From Candidatus Pacebacteria bacterium CG10_big_fil_rev_8_21_14_0_10_44_54 (lineage in GTDB: Bacteria > Patescibacteriota > Microgenomatia > UBA1400 > PJMF01), in NCBI GenBank assembly GCA_002772695.1, contig PFDI01000006.1, positions 1,214-65,213 of the forward strand: 64,000 nt of DNA, in the 5' to 3' direction. Positions 1-10,056 of this stretch are shown here, piece by piece. Position 1 is the first letter of the stretch. The number at the start of each line of letters is the position of its first letter. The notes beneath the pieces were generated by a model. The model did no database searches, was not told the DNA's origin, and saw nothing but the letters and a program-made list of their open reading frames with translations. A program made the translations under genes and the position numbers.

Positions 1-423
1 TGCTGCACCAAACGTGACAGTGCTGGAGATCTTATCGGAATTGCCTTCAAGATTGCCAACATAAACTGCAAGTAAGCCACCCATCGAGTGTCCAAATATA
101 CTGACTTTGCCATCCTGTGATTCTCTGTCTATCACTTCTTGAACAGCATCGACCCAATCCCGCCAGGTAACTCCACGTAAATCTTCTCGCGAACCACCAT
201 GACCTGGCAGATTGAATAAAATTACTTCGTAGCCTTTTTCTGTGAGAGATCTTTCGAGACTTGTCCAGCCTGCAGCATCACCTGTTAAGCCGTGAATAAC
301 GATAATTTTGTTCGTTTCTGGCGGTTGTGGCATCGAAGCTGATTCAATCGCCTGGATTCTGACCACCGCAAAAAGGTTAAAGACAATTAATAATAAAATG
401 ATTTTTAATATTACTCGCACCAC
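1..423 (-). CDS. Secreted/membrane-anchored alpha/beta hydrolase (carboxylesterase-like), 3' end runs off the window
   Basis: Not in the ORF track; translated by hand from GTG at 423 (AGGA upstream): MVRVILKIILLLIVFNLFAVV...VIHGLTG...NLPGHG...IFGHSMGG. Shows a GxSxG nucleophile, an HG oxyanion motif and an N-terminal hydrophobic segment. Confidence 0.85.
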   Translation of the reverse strand, partial: MVRVILKIILLLIVFNLFAVVRIQAIESASMPQPPETNKIIVIHGLTGDAAGWTSLERSLTEKGYEVILFNLPGHGGSREDLRGVTWRDWVDAVQEVIDRESQDGKVSIFGHSMGGLLAVYVGNLEGNSDKISSTVTFGAA

Positions 424-536
424 ATCGTCCTACTTAATTTCTCTTTTCTCGTCTACTTTGACGACTACAGTCATGACATTCTTTCTGCTAGCAGAACTAA
501 GTAATGAAAGCATATGATGTTTGTTTTAATTGCCAA

Positions 537-545
537 ATTGTAGCA
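537..545 (-). promoter_or_regulatory. Extended -10 promoter TGCTACAAT for the leftward hydrolase unit
   Basis: TGn-TACAAT on the minus strand in the 514-588 intergenic region. Confidence 0.45.
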
Positions 546-588
546 TAAAAAACACTCGCTATAATCTGTCAAGCAAGCAGTTAGCTAA

Positions 589-1782
589 CTACCACCGCAC
601 CAACATAACTCCAATTTGATACAGATTCCAAGCAAATAGGATTGCAGTCATAAAAATTATCAAGCGATTTTTTACTGTGGTCAAAACCTGCGCTAATCCA
701 ACACTAAGAAATGGCAACGTCCCCACAAACATCCTCGATCCATATGGACCACCAACAATTTCTGGACCCCAGCTTGCAATTACATACAGTTGAGCTAGAA
801 AAACGAGCAAACAAATGACGGCCAACCAACGTTTAGTTTTTGCCAATATAAACAAACCCGCGAGGCAAATAACTGCTGTTGGTGCATAGCGAAAAAATCC
901 GTTGCCAGAAGAAAATAAAACGCGAGTAAAATCTGGAGCCAGCCAACTCAAGCTTTGTCCGCTAAGAATATACGGGCTCTGCCAGGATTGAAATAAAATC
1001 CAGCTAGTAATCAGCTGTGTACTTCCAATAGCTACAGCACTTCCAACTGCAAGAGAAATTTTTTTGAGCGTCGATAGCTTTGACGATATACGAAACAATA
1101 AACTGCCCAATAAAATAACACCAGTCAACACATCTTGATTGCGAACAAGACCTAACATACCAAGGCTTGCTCCAAGGCCAAACGCCTGCTTCCAGGTAAT
1201 TATTCGATTATTCCAAATCTCTCCCCAAAGGAAAAATGATAAACTAGCAAACAAGAAAGAGGCTGTGTGTGAGTTAAGTGGATCCAGCAAAATATAATAA
1301 AACAATTGGGTTGTTAGCAACAAAGAAATTATTGTCACTATAGCAATTTTTTCTGAAAAAAAACTTCGCAGTCCATGCAAACAAAAATAAACTCCAAGGA
1401 CCCCAAACCCAACTGCTCCTAGACCAACCATAACTTGCGTTACAAGCGAGTAACCATTTGTGAGTACTGAGGCGCCAATCCCTGACAAGACGTGTGTAAC
1501 AATTTGTCCCAAAATAAATGCTGGAATCCAGAGTAACCCTGTGCCAGGAGAAAATGTATTTACTATGCGCTGTGTTTGTGGATACAAAACTGGTTGATTT
1601 GGGAATGACAAACTTGGCTCAATGCTTTCATTTGCAAAATCAACATCAAAATCCATAACAAGTGAGCGAGTGTACGCATAGTAATAAATCGAGTCTCCCC
1701 AAACCGTGCTCCCCACACGCCACACGCCTACTAAATAAGTCAGTGAGGCAACAAAAAAGAAAACGGCCAACCAACGATGCAT
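589..1782 (-). CDS. Multi-TM GT-C fold glycosyltransferase (ArnT/PMT-like)
   Basis: Many TM segments; GD..YY.Y.RS motif after TM1; GG..GSR motif near the C-terminus. Start placed at MHRWL (1782) to avoid overlap with the divergent gene. Confidence 0.7.
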   Translation of the reverse strand: MHRWLAVFFFVASLTYLVGVWRVGSTVWGDSIYYYAYTRSLVMDFDVDFANESIEPSLSFPNQPVLYPQTQRIVNTFSPGTGLLWIPAFILGQIVTHVLSGIGASVLTNGYSLVTQVMVGLGAVGFGVLGVYFCLHGLRSFFSEKIAIVTIISLLLTTQLFYYILLDPLNSHTASFLFASLSFFLWGEIWNNRIITWKQAFGLGASLGMLGLVRNQDVLTGVILLGSLLFRISSKLSTLKKISLAVGSAVAIGSTQLITSWILFQSWQSPYILSGQSLSWLAPDFTRVLFSSGNGFFRYAPTAVICLAGLFILAKTKRWLAVICLLVFLAQLYVIASWGPEIVGGPYGSRMFVGTLPFLSVGLAQVLTTVKNRLIIFMTAILFAWNLYQIGVMLVRW

Positions 1783-1801
1783 AGTAGTATGATGGAGCAT
1801 A

Positions 1802-2836
1802 ATGAAAATACTGCAAGCACTTATCATTGGCATGCTTCTCATCGCCAGTTTTATTGTCGGAGTCTGGCTAGGTCCAAAACTTTCTATCCAACTTGATAAC
1901 TTTTCCTCTCCTGTGGTGACAGAAATAGTGATGCCAATCGAGCAACCATATCTGGCTTACAGCATCCCAACGCTACAGTCGAAGGTTATTGAACCAGTAC
2001 CTCAAATTGAGATTACAGAGCCAATTGCGACAGAAAGTGCTTTTGTAAGCTATCTAGTACGACTGCGATTTGGCAGTCGAAACATGACTGGACAACTAAA
2101 TGTGCCTAAAAAAATGACTACAAAGACTCCGATACTTCTCATGATACGCGGCTACGTCCCACCAGCCGCATATTCAACAGGTGTTGGTACCAAAAATGCT
2201 GCAGCGGTGTTTGCGTCCAACGGATATATCACTCTTGCTCCAGATTTTTTTGGGGTGGCAGGTAGCGATGAAGATTTGAGTGACATTTGGGAAGCTCGAT
2301 TTGAGAAGCCATTACTTATGGCACAGCTGTTGCGAAGCTTGCCGACATTTCAGGATGGAGAACGACCAGTCGGTATCTGGGCACACAGCAATGGTGGTCA
2401 AATTGCAGTAACAACACTCGAAATCCTACAACAACCAATTCCCACTACGCTCTGGGCACCAGTAACAGCTCCATTTCCATACTCTGTCCTATACTACAGC
2501 GACGAAGAAGAAGACGAAGGTCGTGCAGTACGTCTCTGGATTAATCAACTAGAATCTGAGTATGACTTGCGACAATTCTCGCTGCGACAATACATTTCTG
2601 CACTGACGGGCCCACTACAGATTCATCACGGACAACTGGACGAAGCCGCACCAAAAATTTGGAGTGATGAGTTTGTCGCTTTGCTTGATAAAAATCAAAT
2701 AAAATATACCTACCATCAATACCCGCAGGCAGATCACAACCTACGACCAAACTGGAATTTAGCCATACAAAGAGACCTAACCTTCTTTGCTCAAACACTC
2801 ACTAATCCAACAATTTCTTCTGATCTCCTTCTGTAA
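1802..2836 (+). CDS. Membrane-anchored alpha/beta hydrolase (S9 peptidase/dienelactone-hydrolase-like)
   Basis: N-terminal TM; AHSNGG nucleophile elbow; HHG.LD acid region; ADHN catalytic His. Confidence 0.8.
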   Translation: MKILQALIIGMLLIASFIVGVWLGPKLSIQLDNFSSPVVTEIVMPIEQPYLAYSIPTLQSKVIEPVPQIEITEPIATESAFVSYLVRLRFGSRNMTGQLNVPKKMTTKTPILLMIRGYVPPAAYSTGVGTKNAAAVFASNGYITLAPDFFGVAGSDEDLSDIWEARFEKPLLMAQLLRSLPTFQDGERPVGIWAHSNGGQIAVTTLEILQQPIPTTLWAPVTAPFPYSVLYYSDEEEDEGRAVRLWINQLESEYDLRQFSLRQYISALTGPLQIHHGQLDEAAPKIWSDEFVALLDKNQIKYTYHQYPQADHNLRPNWNLAIQRDLTFFAQTLTNPTISSDLLL

Positions 2837-3911
2837 GCGAACCTTGAGTGACGGTTCTGACTGTATCTATTTTGCGCTCCAACTGTCTGTGTCTTGTACC
2901 CATTAATGCTTCGTAGTCATTGTGGAGTGTCGAAATTGAACGGCCATACTTTGCCAATTGTTCGCTAAATTTCCCCCACTCCGAGACAAATCCGTCGATG
3001 TGTTTTATCACTTCTTTGAGCTTGCCACCGATCATGAAGTTACGATAACTCTCTCGCACGGTTCTAGCTACAATAATAAATGAAAATGGAGACACAACTA
3101 TCACGCGCTGCTGCAGTGCTTCATCCAATACCTCTGGAAACTTTTGATTAAGAAAGGAAAAAACCATCTCATTTGGCACAAATAAGATAGCGTAATCGAG
3201 TGTATTACTATCTGGTTGAATATACTCGGCAACTTTCGAGATCTTCGCCCTAATGTTTGTACGCAGTTGTTTAATTAAAACCGTTTTTTCACTCGTACTT
3301 TTGCTTGATGCTAGCTTCTGAATATCGGCATAGGGAAACTTAACATCAACTGGCACTACCCGATCATTGGGTAATAACAGGGTAATATCCGGACGAGCAG
3401 TGCCCCCCACTTGCTTAGCTTGTCTTGCAAAATGTACACCTTCTATTAACCCGTTTACTCGTAGCAAATCCTCGATTATGCGCTCTCCCCACTCTCCTCG
3501 AGCTTGGTTATTTGACAACACTTTTGCCAACTGCTCAGTAGACTGCGCCAACTCGCTCGTAAGCTTGCGATTCTCGCTCAAGCTTGTGACTAATTCTGCA
3601 AACTTGTGTGATCTATCCTTTTCAAGACCTCGCAACTCATCTTGGCGTACTGCCAAATCTTTCTGTAGGCGAGTAACAAGCCCTTCAAGCATTTGTTGTT
3701 TATTGGCCAAATCAGTTTTTATCGCGTCACGATCTCCAGCTAACAATCGCTTGCTCTGCTCGGCTATTTTCTCGGCACTACGACCAAAAACTTCGTCGAC
3801 TAGCTTGGTCATGTCACTATCAGATTGCTTGGGCAACAACTGACGCAAAAAGAAATACAAGAATGCAAAACCAGCTACAATAACAAGTAAAATTACAATT
3901 TCAAAATCCAT
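2802..3911 (-). CDS. rmuC: DNA recombination protein RmuC
   Basis: N-terminal TM and coiled coil; RGEWGE, RPD, VDVKFP, LFVPNE and VSP motifs. Confidence 0.92.
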   Translation of the reverse strand: MDFEIVILLVIVAGFAFLYFFLRQLLPKQSDSDMTKLVDEVFGRSAEKIAEQSKRLLAGDRDAIKTDLANKQQMLEGLVTRLQKDLAVRQDELRGLEKDRSHKFAELVTSLSENRKLTSELAQSTEQLAKVLSNNQARGEWGERIIEDLLRVNGLIEGVHFARQAKQVGGTARPDITLLLPNDRVVPVDVKFPYADIQKLASSKSTSEKTVLIKQLRTNIRAKISKVAEYIQPDSNTLDYAILFVPNEMVFSFLNQKFPEVLDEALQQRVIVVSPFSFIIVARTVRESYRNFMIGGKLKEVIKHIDGFVSEWGKFSEQLAKYGRSISTLHNDYEALMGTRHRQLERKIDTVRTVTQGSLTEGDQKKLLD

Positions 3912-3937
3912 AACTGCAAGCTAGTATACTAAACTCA

Positions 3938-4333
3938 GTGCAAAAAGCTCCCTCAAGATTACAACAGCCAAAACAATTTAAAAAATCTGCCTACCTCAAA
4001 ACACTTCCCTTTGGATTATTTAGTCTTGTAGGTCTAGGAGGGCTTTACTACCTGCTCACAAACATTTCTCCCCAACAAATTGCACATGTGCCACTACCAA
4101 ACATGTACGGTCCATTTCTTCTACTTATTTTTCTAAGTATTTTTTTTCTACTTGGATATGCGCTCAATAATACTCGCAGAGGCTTTGTTGCTGCGAGTAG
4201 CATTTCTTTACTTATTTTTTTACATTTGCAACATATTGTAATCAACAAATACGTGGTTGGGGCAATCGCTATTTTATTTCTGATCACTGAAGTTTTAGCC
4301 AAACGTACGCATCGGGAGCAAAAAGTGACATAA
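3938..4333 (+). CDS. Hypothetical 4-TM membrane protein
   Basis: Four hydrophobic segments; fills the gap; preceded by TATACT. Confidence 0.65.
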   Translation: MQKAPSRLQQPKQFKKSAYLKTLPFGLFSLVGLGGLYYLLTNISPQQIAHVPLPNMYGPFLLLIFLSIFFLLGYALNNTRRGFVAASSISLLIFLHLQHIVINKYVVGAIAILFLITEVLAKRTHREQKVT

Positions 4334-4354
4334 TATGATAGACTACTGCCTGGT

Positions 4355-4699
4355 ATGAAGCAGAAAAAGCAAATACAGCCAAATTTTTTCGAACTACAGC
4401 TTGCAGGCACGCTAGCAGATATTCATGGCGCCGAAAAGATGCTTGTTTTCCTGCGAGCCTTTTTATCCAAAAATGAATTGGCACAGCTGGGTACGCGCCT
4501 CGCCATTCACGCAGAGCTGGAAGCCGGGCAATCATACGAACAGATTCAAAAAAAACTTGGTGTTTCAAGCGCAACAATATCGCTCGCTTCGCAACAACAA
4601 AAAAACAGCGCAATGAAAATGGCGCTGCAGCTACTTGCGCTTGACTCTTGGGCACGAGAAAAAGCAGAAAAAATTCGCCGCTACCTGCCTTTTCTCTAA
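4355..4699 (+). CDS. TrpR-like (YerC/YecD family) HTH protein
   Basis: FLSKNEL..L..RL.I...L..G.SY..I.KKLGVSSATIS pattern of the Trp repressor family. Confidence 0.8.
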   Translation: MKQKKQIQPNFFELQLAGTLADIHGAEKMLVFLRAFLSKNELAQLGTRLAIHAELEAGQSYEQIQKKLGVSSATISLASQQQKNSAMKMALQLLALDSWAREKAEKIRRYLPFL

Positions 4700-4732
4700 T
4701 TTTCACTTATACTGGATACTAATAAAAAAACT

Positions 4733-6154
4733 ATGTCCGAAACGTACTACGTAACGACCGCTATCCCCTATATCAATGCCAAACCACATATTGGTCATGT
4801 TCTTGAGTGGTTCCAGGCAGATACACTAGCCCGCTATCACCGCTTATTAGGCAAAGACGTTGCCTTCACCAGTGGAACCGATGAAAATAGCCTCAAAAAT
4901 GTTCAAGCAGCAGAAAAAGCTGGGGTGGACGTACAGCATTGGCTTGACGAATACGCCAAAATTTTCCAAGATGCATTTGCTTATTTTGGCATAGAGCTTA
5001 CACACTTTCGTCGTGGCAGTGATCAAAATCGACACTGGCCAGGCGTACAAAAGCTTTGGCAACGCTGCGCGGACAATGGCGATATTTATAAAAAAACCTA
5101 TACGGGCCTCTACTGCGTAGGTTGCGAAAGTTTTTATACCAAAGAAGACTTGACAGAAGCTGGAGAGTGTCCTGAACACCTCACGAAACCAGAAAAAATC
5201 ACCGAGAAAAACTACTTTTTTCGTCTAACAAAATACCAAGACAAAATCCTCAGACTCTTCAATTCTGGAGAACACGAGATAGTTTCACAGCAATACAAAA
5301 ATGAAATGTTGCGATTTATCGAACGGGGCTTAGAAGATTTCAGCATCTCACGCTCGAGCACGCGAGCTCGTGGCATTGGCGTACCTGTGCCCGGTGATAA
5401 CTCGCAAGTCATGTATGTTTGGTTTGATGCGCTTGCAATTTATATTACAGCACTTGGCTGGGGAAGCGACGAAAGTGACTTCAAGAAATACTGGCCCTCG
5501 GCAGTGCAGGTGATTGGTAAAGGCATAAACAGATTTCACTCTATTTACTGGATTGGCATGCTTCTCTCGGCTAAACTTTCATTACCAAAAGTAACATTTG
5601 TTCATGGATATTTGACAGTAAGTGGTCAGAAAATGAGCAAATCACTTGGCAATGTACTTGATCCTTTTAAATTAGTAGAAGAATTTGGTCTTGAACCAAT
5701 ACGACACTACTTGCTGAGATATGTTCCTACGCACGCTGATGGTGATTTCTCTAGAGAAAAATTTGCCGAAACCTACACGGCCGACCTTGCCAACGGTATC
5801 GGCAATCTCTGCTCGCGAATTGCGAAGCTCAGTGAAAAATCTGAAATTTCAGGTGGAAAAACTCCTAGTGAGTTTGATCCGACATATGTCTCTGCTTTTA
5901 CAAATTTCGAGATCTCAGTCGCTTCAGAGTGGATACAAAACCAAATTCGCAATCTAGACGGCTTCCTCAGTGACCAAAAGCCTTGGAAAAAAGATACTGC
6001 AGAACGACATGAAATCCTAACTGTGGCAGTAGCACGTCTATTAAGCATTGGGTACCATCTTCAACCACTTTTACCAAAAACAGCCGAAAAAATTATCAAT
6101 CATTTCACCCAACCAAAAATTGCAGCAATCTCACCACTTTTCCCTCGGAAGTAA
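4733..6154 (+). CDS. metG: Methionine--tRNA ligase (short form, no C-terminal tRNA-binding domain)
   Basis: YVTTAIPYIN, HIGH, CxxC...CPEH knuckle, YVWFDAL, KMSKS. Confidence 0.97.
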   Translation: MSETYYVTTAIPYINAKPHIGHVLEWFQADTLARYHRLLGKDVAFTSGTDENSLKNVQAAEKAGVDVQHWLDEYAKIFQDAFAYFGIELTHFRRGSDQNRHWPGVQKLWQRCADNGDIYKKTYTGLYCVGCESFYTKEDLTEAGECPEHLTKPEKITEKNYFFRLTKYQDKILRLFNSGEHEIVSQQYKNEMLRFIERGLEDFSISRSSTRARGIGVPVPGDNSQVMYVWFDALAIYITALGWGSDESDFKKYWPSAVQVIGKGINRFHSIYWIGMLLSAKLSLPKVTFVHGYLTVSGQKMSKSLGNVLDPFKLVEEFGLEPIRHYLLRYVPTHADGDFSREKFAETYTADLANGIGNLCSRIAKLSEKSEISGGKTPSEFDPTYVSAFTNFEISVASEWIQNQIRNLDGFLSDQKPWKKDTAERHEILTVAVARLLSIGYHLQPLLPKTAEKIINHFTQPKIAAISPLFPRK

Positions 6155-6160
6155 TTTTGC

Positions 6161-6958
6161 ATGATTATTGACACACACTGCCATTATAATCTTGAACCGC
6201 TTTTTTCATCATGGCAAACACACTGGAATAAGGCACAAACCGCGGGTGTATTGGCGACCATAATTGTTGGCACAAATCTCGAATCTAGCAACATAGCTTA
6301 CAAGCTTGCCAAAGATAACAAAGCTTTTTTTGCAACTATAGGCCTACATCCAAATCACTTTCAAACCATGAAGCAGCTCGAAGAAATAGCCAAACTAGAA
6401 CCGCTAATTGCAGACACTAGCGTGGTAGCAATCGGCGAAATTGGTCTTGACTTCTTTCGACTCACTGACTCGCCTAGCGATCAACAAATTAAAGAATTGC
6501 AAAAACAAGGCTTCCGCCTACAACTCGAGCTTGCCGCAAGATATAACCTTCCTGTCTGCCTACACGTACGTGATAAACAAGCCGAAGCATACTTTGCTGT
6601 TTTAGAAATCATAAAATCTGTCGAGCGAAACCAGCTGCCATTTATTTTGCACTGCATCTCTGGACCAACTGAATATATAGCAGAAGCTCTAACGCTCGGT
6701 GCGTATCTAGGCGTTGCGGCAAATAGCACCTATCCAAATAACCATGCAATTCGAAGCAGTCTTGCAAAGTCACCAAACAACCGAATTTTACTAGAAACAG
6801 ATGCGCCGTACTTGCCACCACAACCATATCGCGGTCAAGTTTGCGAGCCATGGATGATTACTGAAACTGCCAAAGCACTATTTTCTCAAAAAAAAATTTC
6901 TGCTAACCAGATACTAAACAACACGAAGGCAGCTTTTTTAGATAAAATAACCATATGA
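6161..6958 (+). CDS. tatD: TatD family DNase
   Basis: IDTHCH, GLHP, AIGEIGLD, LHVR, LLETDAPYL. Confidence 0.95.
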   Translation: MIIDTHCHYNLEPLFSSWQTHWNKAQTAGVLATIIVGTNLESSNIAYKLAKDNKAFFATIGLHPNHFQTMKQLEEIAKLEPLIADTSVVAIGEIGLDFFRLTDSPSDQQIKELQKQGFRLQLELAARYNLPVCLHVRDKQAEAYFAVLEIIKSVERNQLPFILHCISGPTEYIAEALTLGAYLGVAANSTYPNNHAIRSSLAKSPNNRILLETDAPYLPPQPYRGQVCEPWMITETAKALFSQKKISANQILNNTKAAFLDKITI

Positions 6959-8466
6959 ATATTGGAGAAAAAATAGCACGCTACGTGACTAGACACCCGG
7001 TAAAAACACAGCGAGGACTAGAAATTTTGCCAGGATTTGTCTCGTGGTCACTTATTCTCTTTCCAGTCTGGGGGTCATTTGTCGTACCTGAGGTAGTTGC
7101 ATACTACGTTATCACGTTTAGTGTGTACTGGCTGTATCGCTCAATTACTATGGCAATTTTTTCAGTTTTGGCACACCTAAAGGTGCGAGCAGCTAGTAAG
7201 TTTGATTGGCTAGACAATCTCAAGCAACAACACCCAAAAACCTGGAGCACGATTCATCACTGCATCATTATACCCACCTATAAGGAGCCGCTTGAAACCC
7301 TGGTGCGTACCTTGGCCGCGCTACAAGCCCAAACATTTCCAAAAGAAAACCTACATATTGTTCTATCTTTTGAGGAGCGCGAAGGTGCTGCTGCAAGAAA
7401 AAAAGCCGCGGAACTTTCACAAAGATTTCACAAAACATTTGGCTCACTTCTCACCACATATCACCCCGACATTGCAGATGAAATAAAGGGCAAGTCTTCC
7501 AATACTGCTTGGGGGGCGAGGCAAGCAAAGAAATTGATCATCGATAAAAAAAAGATCTCACTAAACAATACTACAATCACAAGTGAGGACGCAGATGCTT
7601 TATTTCACCAATCATACTTCACCGCACTTACCCATGACTTCTTGACTCGAGAAGATCGCTACAACTGTATCTGGCAAGGTTCGATCGTATTTTATAACAA
7701 TATTTGGAGTGTTCCCGCTCCAATCCGCGTGCTCGCCTCACTTTTTTCTGTGATTCAAATGCATCTACTGATGCGGTCAGATCGATTGATTAATTTCTCT
7801 ACCTACTCGACTTCTTTTCGGCATATAGTTGATATCGATTTTTGGGATACCGACGTCATACCCGAAGACTATCGTCTCTTCTTTAAATCCTACTTTGCCA
7901 AGAAAGGTAAGTTTGAGGTTCACCCAATCTTTTTACCAATCTACTCTGACGCACCAGAATCACCTACACGCTGGCAAACGTACAAAAATCAGTACGAACA
8001 ACTCAAACGCTGGGCTTGGGGTGTCAGCGATGACGCCTATATTATCAAGCAGTACCTCACAACTCCAAACGTTCCATTTTGGGATAAATCTATTCGTGTT
8101 CTTAAAACAATAGAGGATCATTTTCTTTGGCCAGTCAATTGGTTTGCTATTACAGTATCCGCGTTCTTTCCCCCACTTCTTAATGAGGAGTTTAATAGAA
8201 CCGTAATTGGTAAAACACTTCCACAAGTTACCTCTGCCCTCCTGACCGCCTCACTCATCTCAATGTTCGCAGTCTTTATTATTGACGCAATAAATCGCCC
8301 ACCAAGACCCAAAAAGAGAAGATTTTTGTCAATTATCTTTCAGCCACTCGAGTTTTTGCTCTTACCCATCATTGGTTTTTTCTTTTCTGCCCTGCCTGGC
8401 ATTGATGCACACACCAGACTGATGCTTGGAAAATATTTAGAGTATAAGGTGACAGAAAAAGTTTAA
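6955..8466 (+). CDS. Membrane GT2 glycosyltransferase, processive (cellulose-synthase-like) type
   Basis: IIIPTYKE, KGK, EDAD (DxD), PED and QLKRW (QxxRW) motifs; N- and C-terminal TMs. Confidence 0.88.
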   Translation: MNIGEKIARYVTRHPVKTQRGLEILPGFVSWSLILFPVWGSFVVPEVVAYYVITFSVYWLYRSITMAIFSVLAHLKVRAASKFDWLDNLKQQHPKTWSTIHHCIIIPTYKEPLETLVRTLAALQAQTFPKENLHIVLSFEEREGAAARKKAAELSQRFHKTFGSLLTTYHPDIADEIKGKSSNTAWGARQAKKLIIDKKKISLNNTTITSEDADALFHQSYFTALTHDFLTREDRYNCIWQGSIVFYNNIWSVPAPIRVLASLFSVIQMHLLMRSDRLINFSTYSTSFRHIVDIDFWDTDVIPEDYRLFFKSYFAKKGKFEVHPIFLPIYSDAPESPTRWQTYKNQYEQLKRWAWGVSDDAYIIKQYLTTPNVPFWDKSIRVLKTIEDHFLWPVNWFAITVSAFFPPLLNEEFNRTVIGKTLPQVTSALLTASLISMFAVFIIDAINRPPRPKKRRFLSIIFQPLEFLLLPIIGFFFSALPGIDAHTRLMLGKYLEYKVTEKV

Positions 8467-10050
8467 ATGACTATACTGAGTGCACAAATGAAATTACTCT
8501 CAGAAATTCGCGAGCGCTTGCGTGAGCCAAAAAGCATCTTGTTTCTATTGCTCCTACTTCTTACCTTACTAAGAGTTCCTAATTTCTCAGAACCGTACTG
8601 GTATGGTGATGAGGGAATCTACCTTACAATTGGCAACGCCTTGCGTGAAGGTGGTACGCTCTACACCACTATTGTTGATCATAAAACGCCACTCATTTAC
8701 TACCTCGCTATGATTGTTGATAACCAACTACAGTTTCGTGTGCTGCTGTATGGCATGATGCTGCTCTCAACCGCTGCTTTCTTCTCGCTTTGTCAAACAT
8801 TGTTTTCTCGACTCAAACCTGCTGCATTTGCTACCCTACTCTTTGTTGTCTTTACTTCTCTGCCCTGGTTTGAAGGGCATATCCCCAACGGAGAACTATT
8901 TGTCATTTCATTTGTACTGTATGGAGCTTGGCTCTTTGTCAAAACACCTGTGGCACAGGCCTTCTTTTTACGAAAGACTGTCAAAACACAAAAAAACTTT
9001 CTGCTGTTTGCGGCTGGAGTCAGCTTTGGTCTTGCGCTGCTAACAAAAGTACCTGCCTTATTTGATATCATCGCCTTTGGCGCAGTTTTTGTTTTCTTGA
9101 TTTGGAGGGAGCATTTCCAACTTCTCACTACTCGACTAAAGGAAGCTTTTGTCTTTGTAGCAGGCTGCCTTATACCGCTTGTGCTCTCAATTGTATATTT
9201 TTATGCAATAGGCTCAGGCAGTGACTATCTTGATTTTGGCTTGCTCTATAACTTCAAGTATGCAGGATCATGGCAACTTGCATTTGCTAGTCCTGTTGTG
9301 CTTTTTCTCTTTAGTTTACCAGGAAAAACACTTGTTCTCGGCAGCATACTACTACTCATACTTGGTCTGAATAAAAAACTTTCAGCGGCCAGCCAGTTTT
9401 CACTCGCTTGGTTTTGGCTCTCATTATTTGCTAGCCTTCTTTCTAATCGACCATATCCGCATTATTTCTTGCAGGCAATTCCCCCCGCTGCAATTCTAGT
9501 AGTACTACTGATTATGCAAACAAGAAAAATTTCTTCAGCCTCCAATGCTATCAAGCTTACTTTGCTTGGTGGAAGCCTGAGTACGTTGCTTGCCGTGCTT
9601 GTTTTGCTGCATGTTGGACTTTATAGCACTGTCTCTTACTACACAAATTGGCTCCGTTACATGAGCAAGCAAACAAGCAGACAAGAGTACTATCAATCAT
9701 TTGACAAGCTAATGAGTGACAACTATGCGGCTGCAAAACTTATTATCACCACACAAGACAAACCAAGTCTGTTTATCTGGGGCACTAATCCCATGCTATA
9801 TGCGCTCACCAAAGCCGTGCCTCCTACTCGCTTTACAGTTTCATTTCATGTTGCTGATTTGGATGTATACAGTGAAACTATGTCCGATGTCTATTCCGCT
9901 CAGCCTGAATTCATTGTCGTAATGAACAACGAGTCGAGAAACCTACCTGGCCTCAATGCAATGCTTTTCGAAGCGTATACACTCAATGCACAGTACCAAC
10001 ACTTTACACTTTGGAAACGGTTATCGAACGCATCAAGCCTGCTATACTAG
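8467..10050 (+). CDS. GT-C glycosyltransferase (ArnT/GT39-like); alternative start at 8488
   Basis: DEGIY...DHKTP loop after TM1, many TMs, YPHY motif, soluble C-terminal domain. Confidence 0.8.
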   Translation: MTILSAQMKLLSEIRERLREPKSILFLLLLLLTLLRVPNFSEPYWYGDEGIYLTIGNALREGGTLYTTIVDHKTPLIYYLAMIVDNQLQFRVLLYGMMLLSTAAFFSLCQTLFSRLKPAAFATLLFVVFTSLPWFEGHIPNGELFVISFVLYGAWLFVKTPVAQAFFLRKTVKTQKNFLLFAAGVSFGLALLTKVPALFDIIAFGAVFVFLIWREHFQLLTTRLKEAFVFVAGCLIPLVLSIVYFYAIGSGSDYLDFGLLYNFKYAGSWQLAFASPVVLFLFSLPGKTLVLGSILLLILGLNKKLSAASQFSLAWFWLSLFASLLSNRPYPHYFLQAIPPAAILVVLLIMQTRKISSASNAIKLTLLGGSLSTLLAVLVLLHVGLYSTVSYYTNWLRYMSKQTSRQEYYQSFDKLMSDNYAAAKLIITTQDKPSLFIWGTNPMLYALTKAVPPTRFTVSFHVADLDVYSETMSDVYSAQPEFIVVMNNESRNLPGLNAMLFEAYTLNAQYQHFTLWKRLSNASSLLY

Positions 10051-10056
10051 TGCGGT

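Noticed and set aside
308-517. 69-aa plus-strand ORF
   Set aside because: Antisense shadow of the minus-strand hydrolase and its leader; no motifs
4284-4706. 140-aa minus-strand ORF
   Set aside because: Antisense to the TrpR-like gene, which has a recognisable family signature
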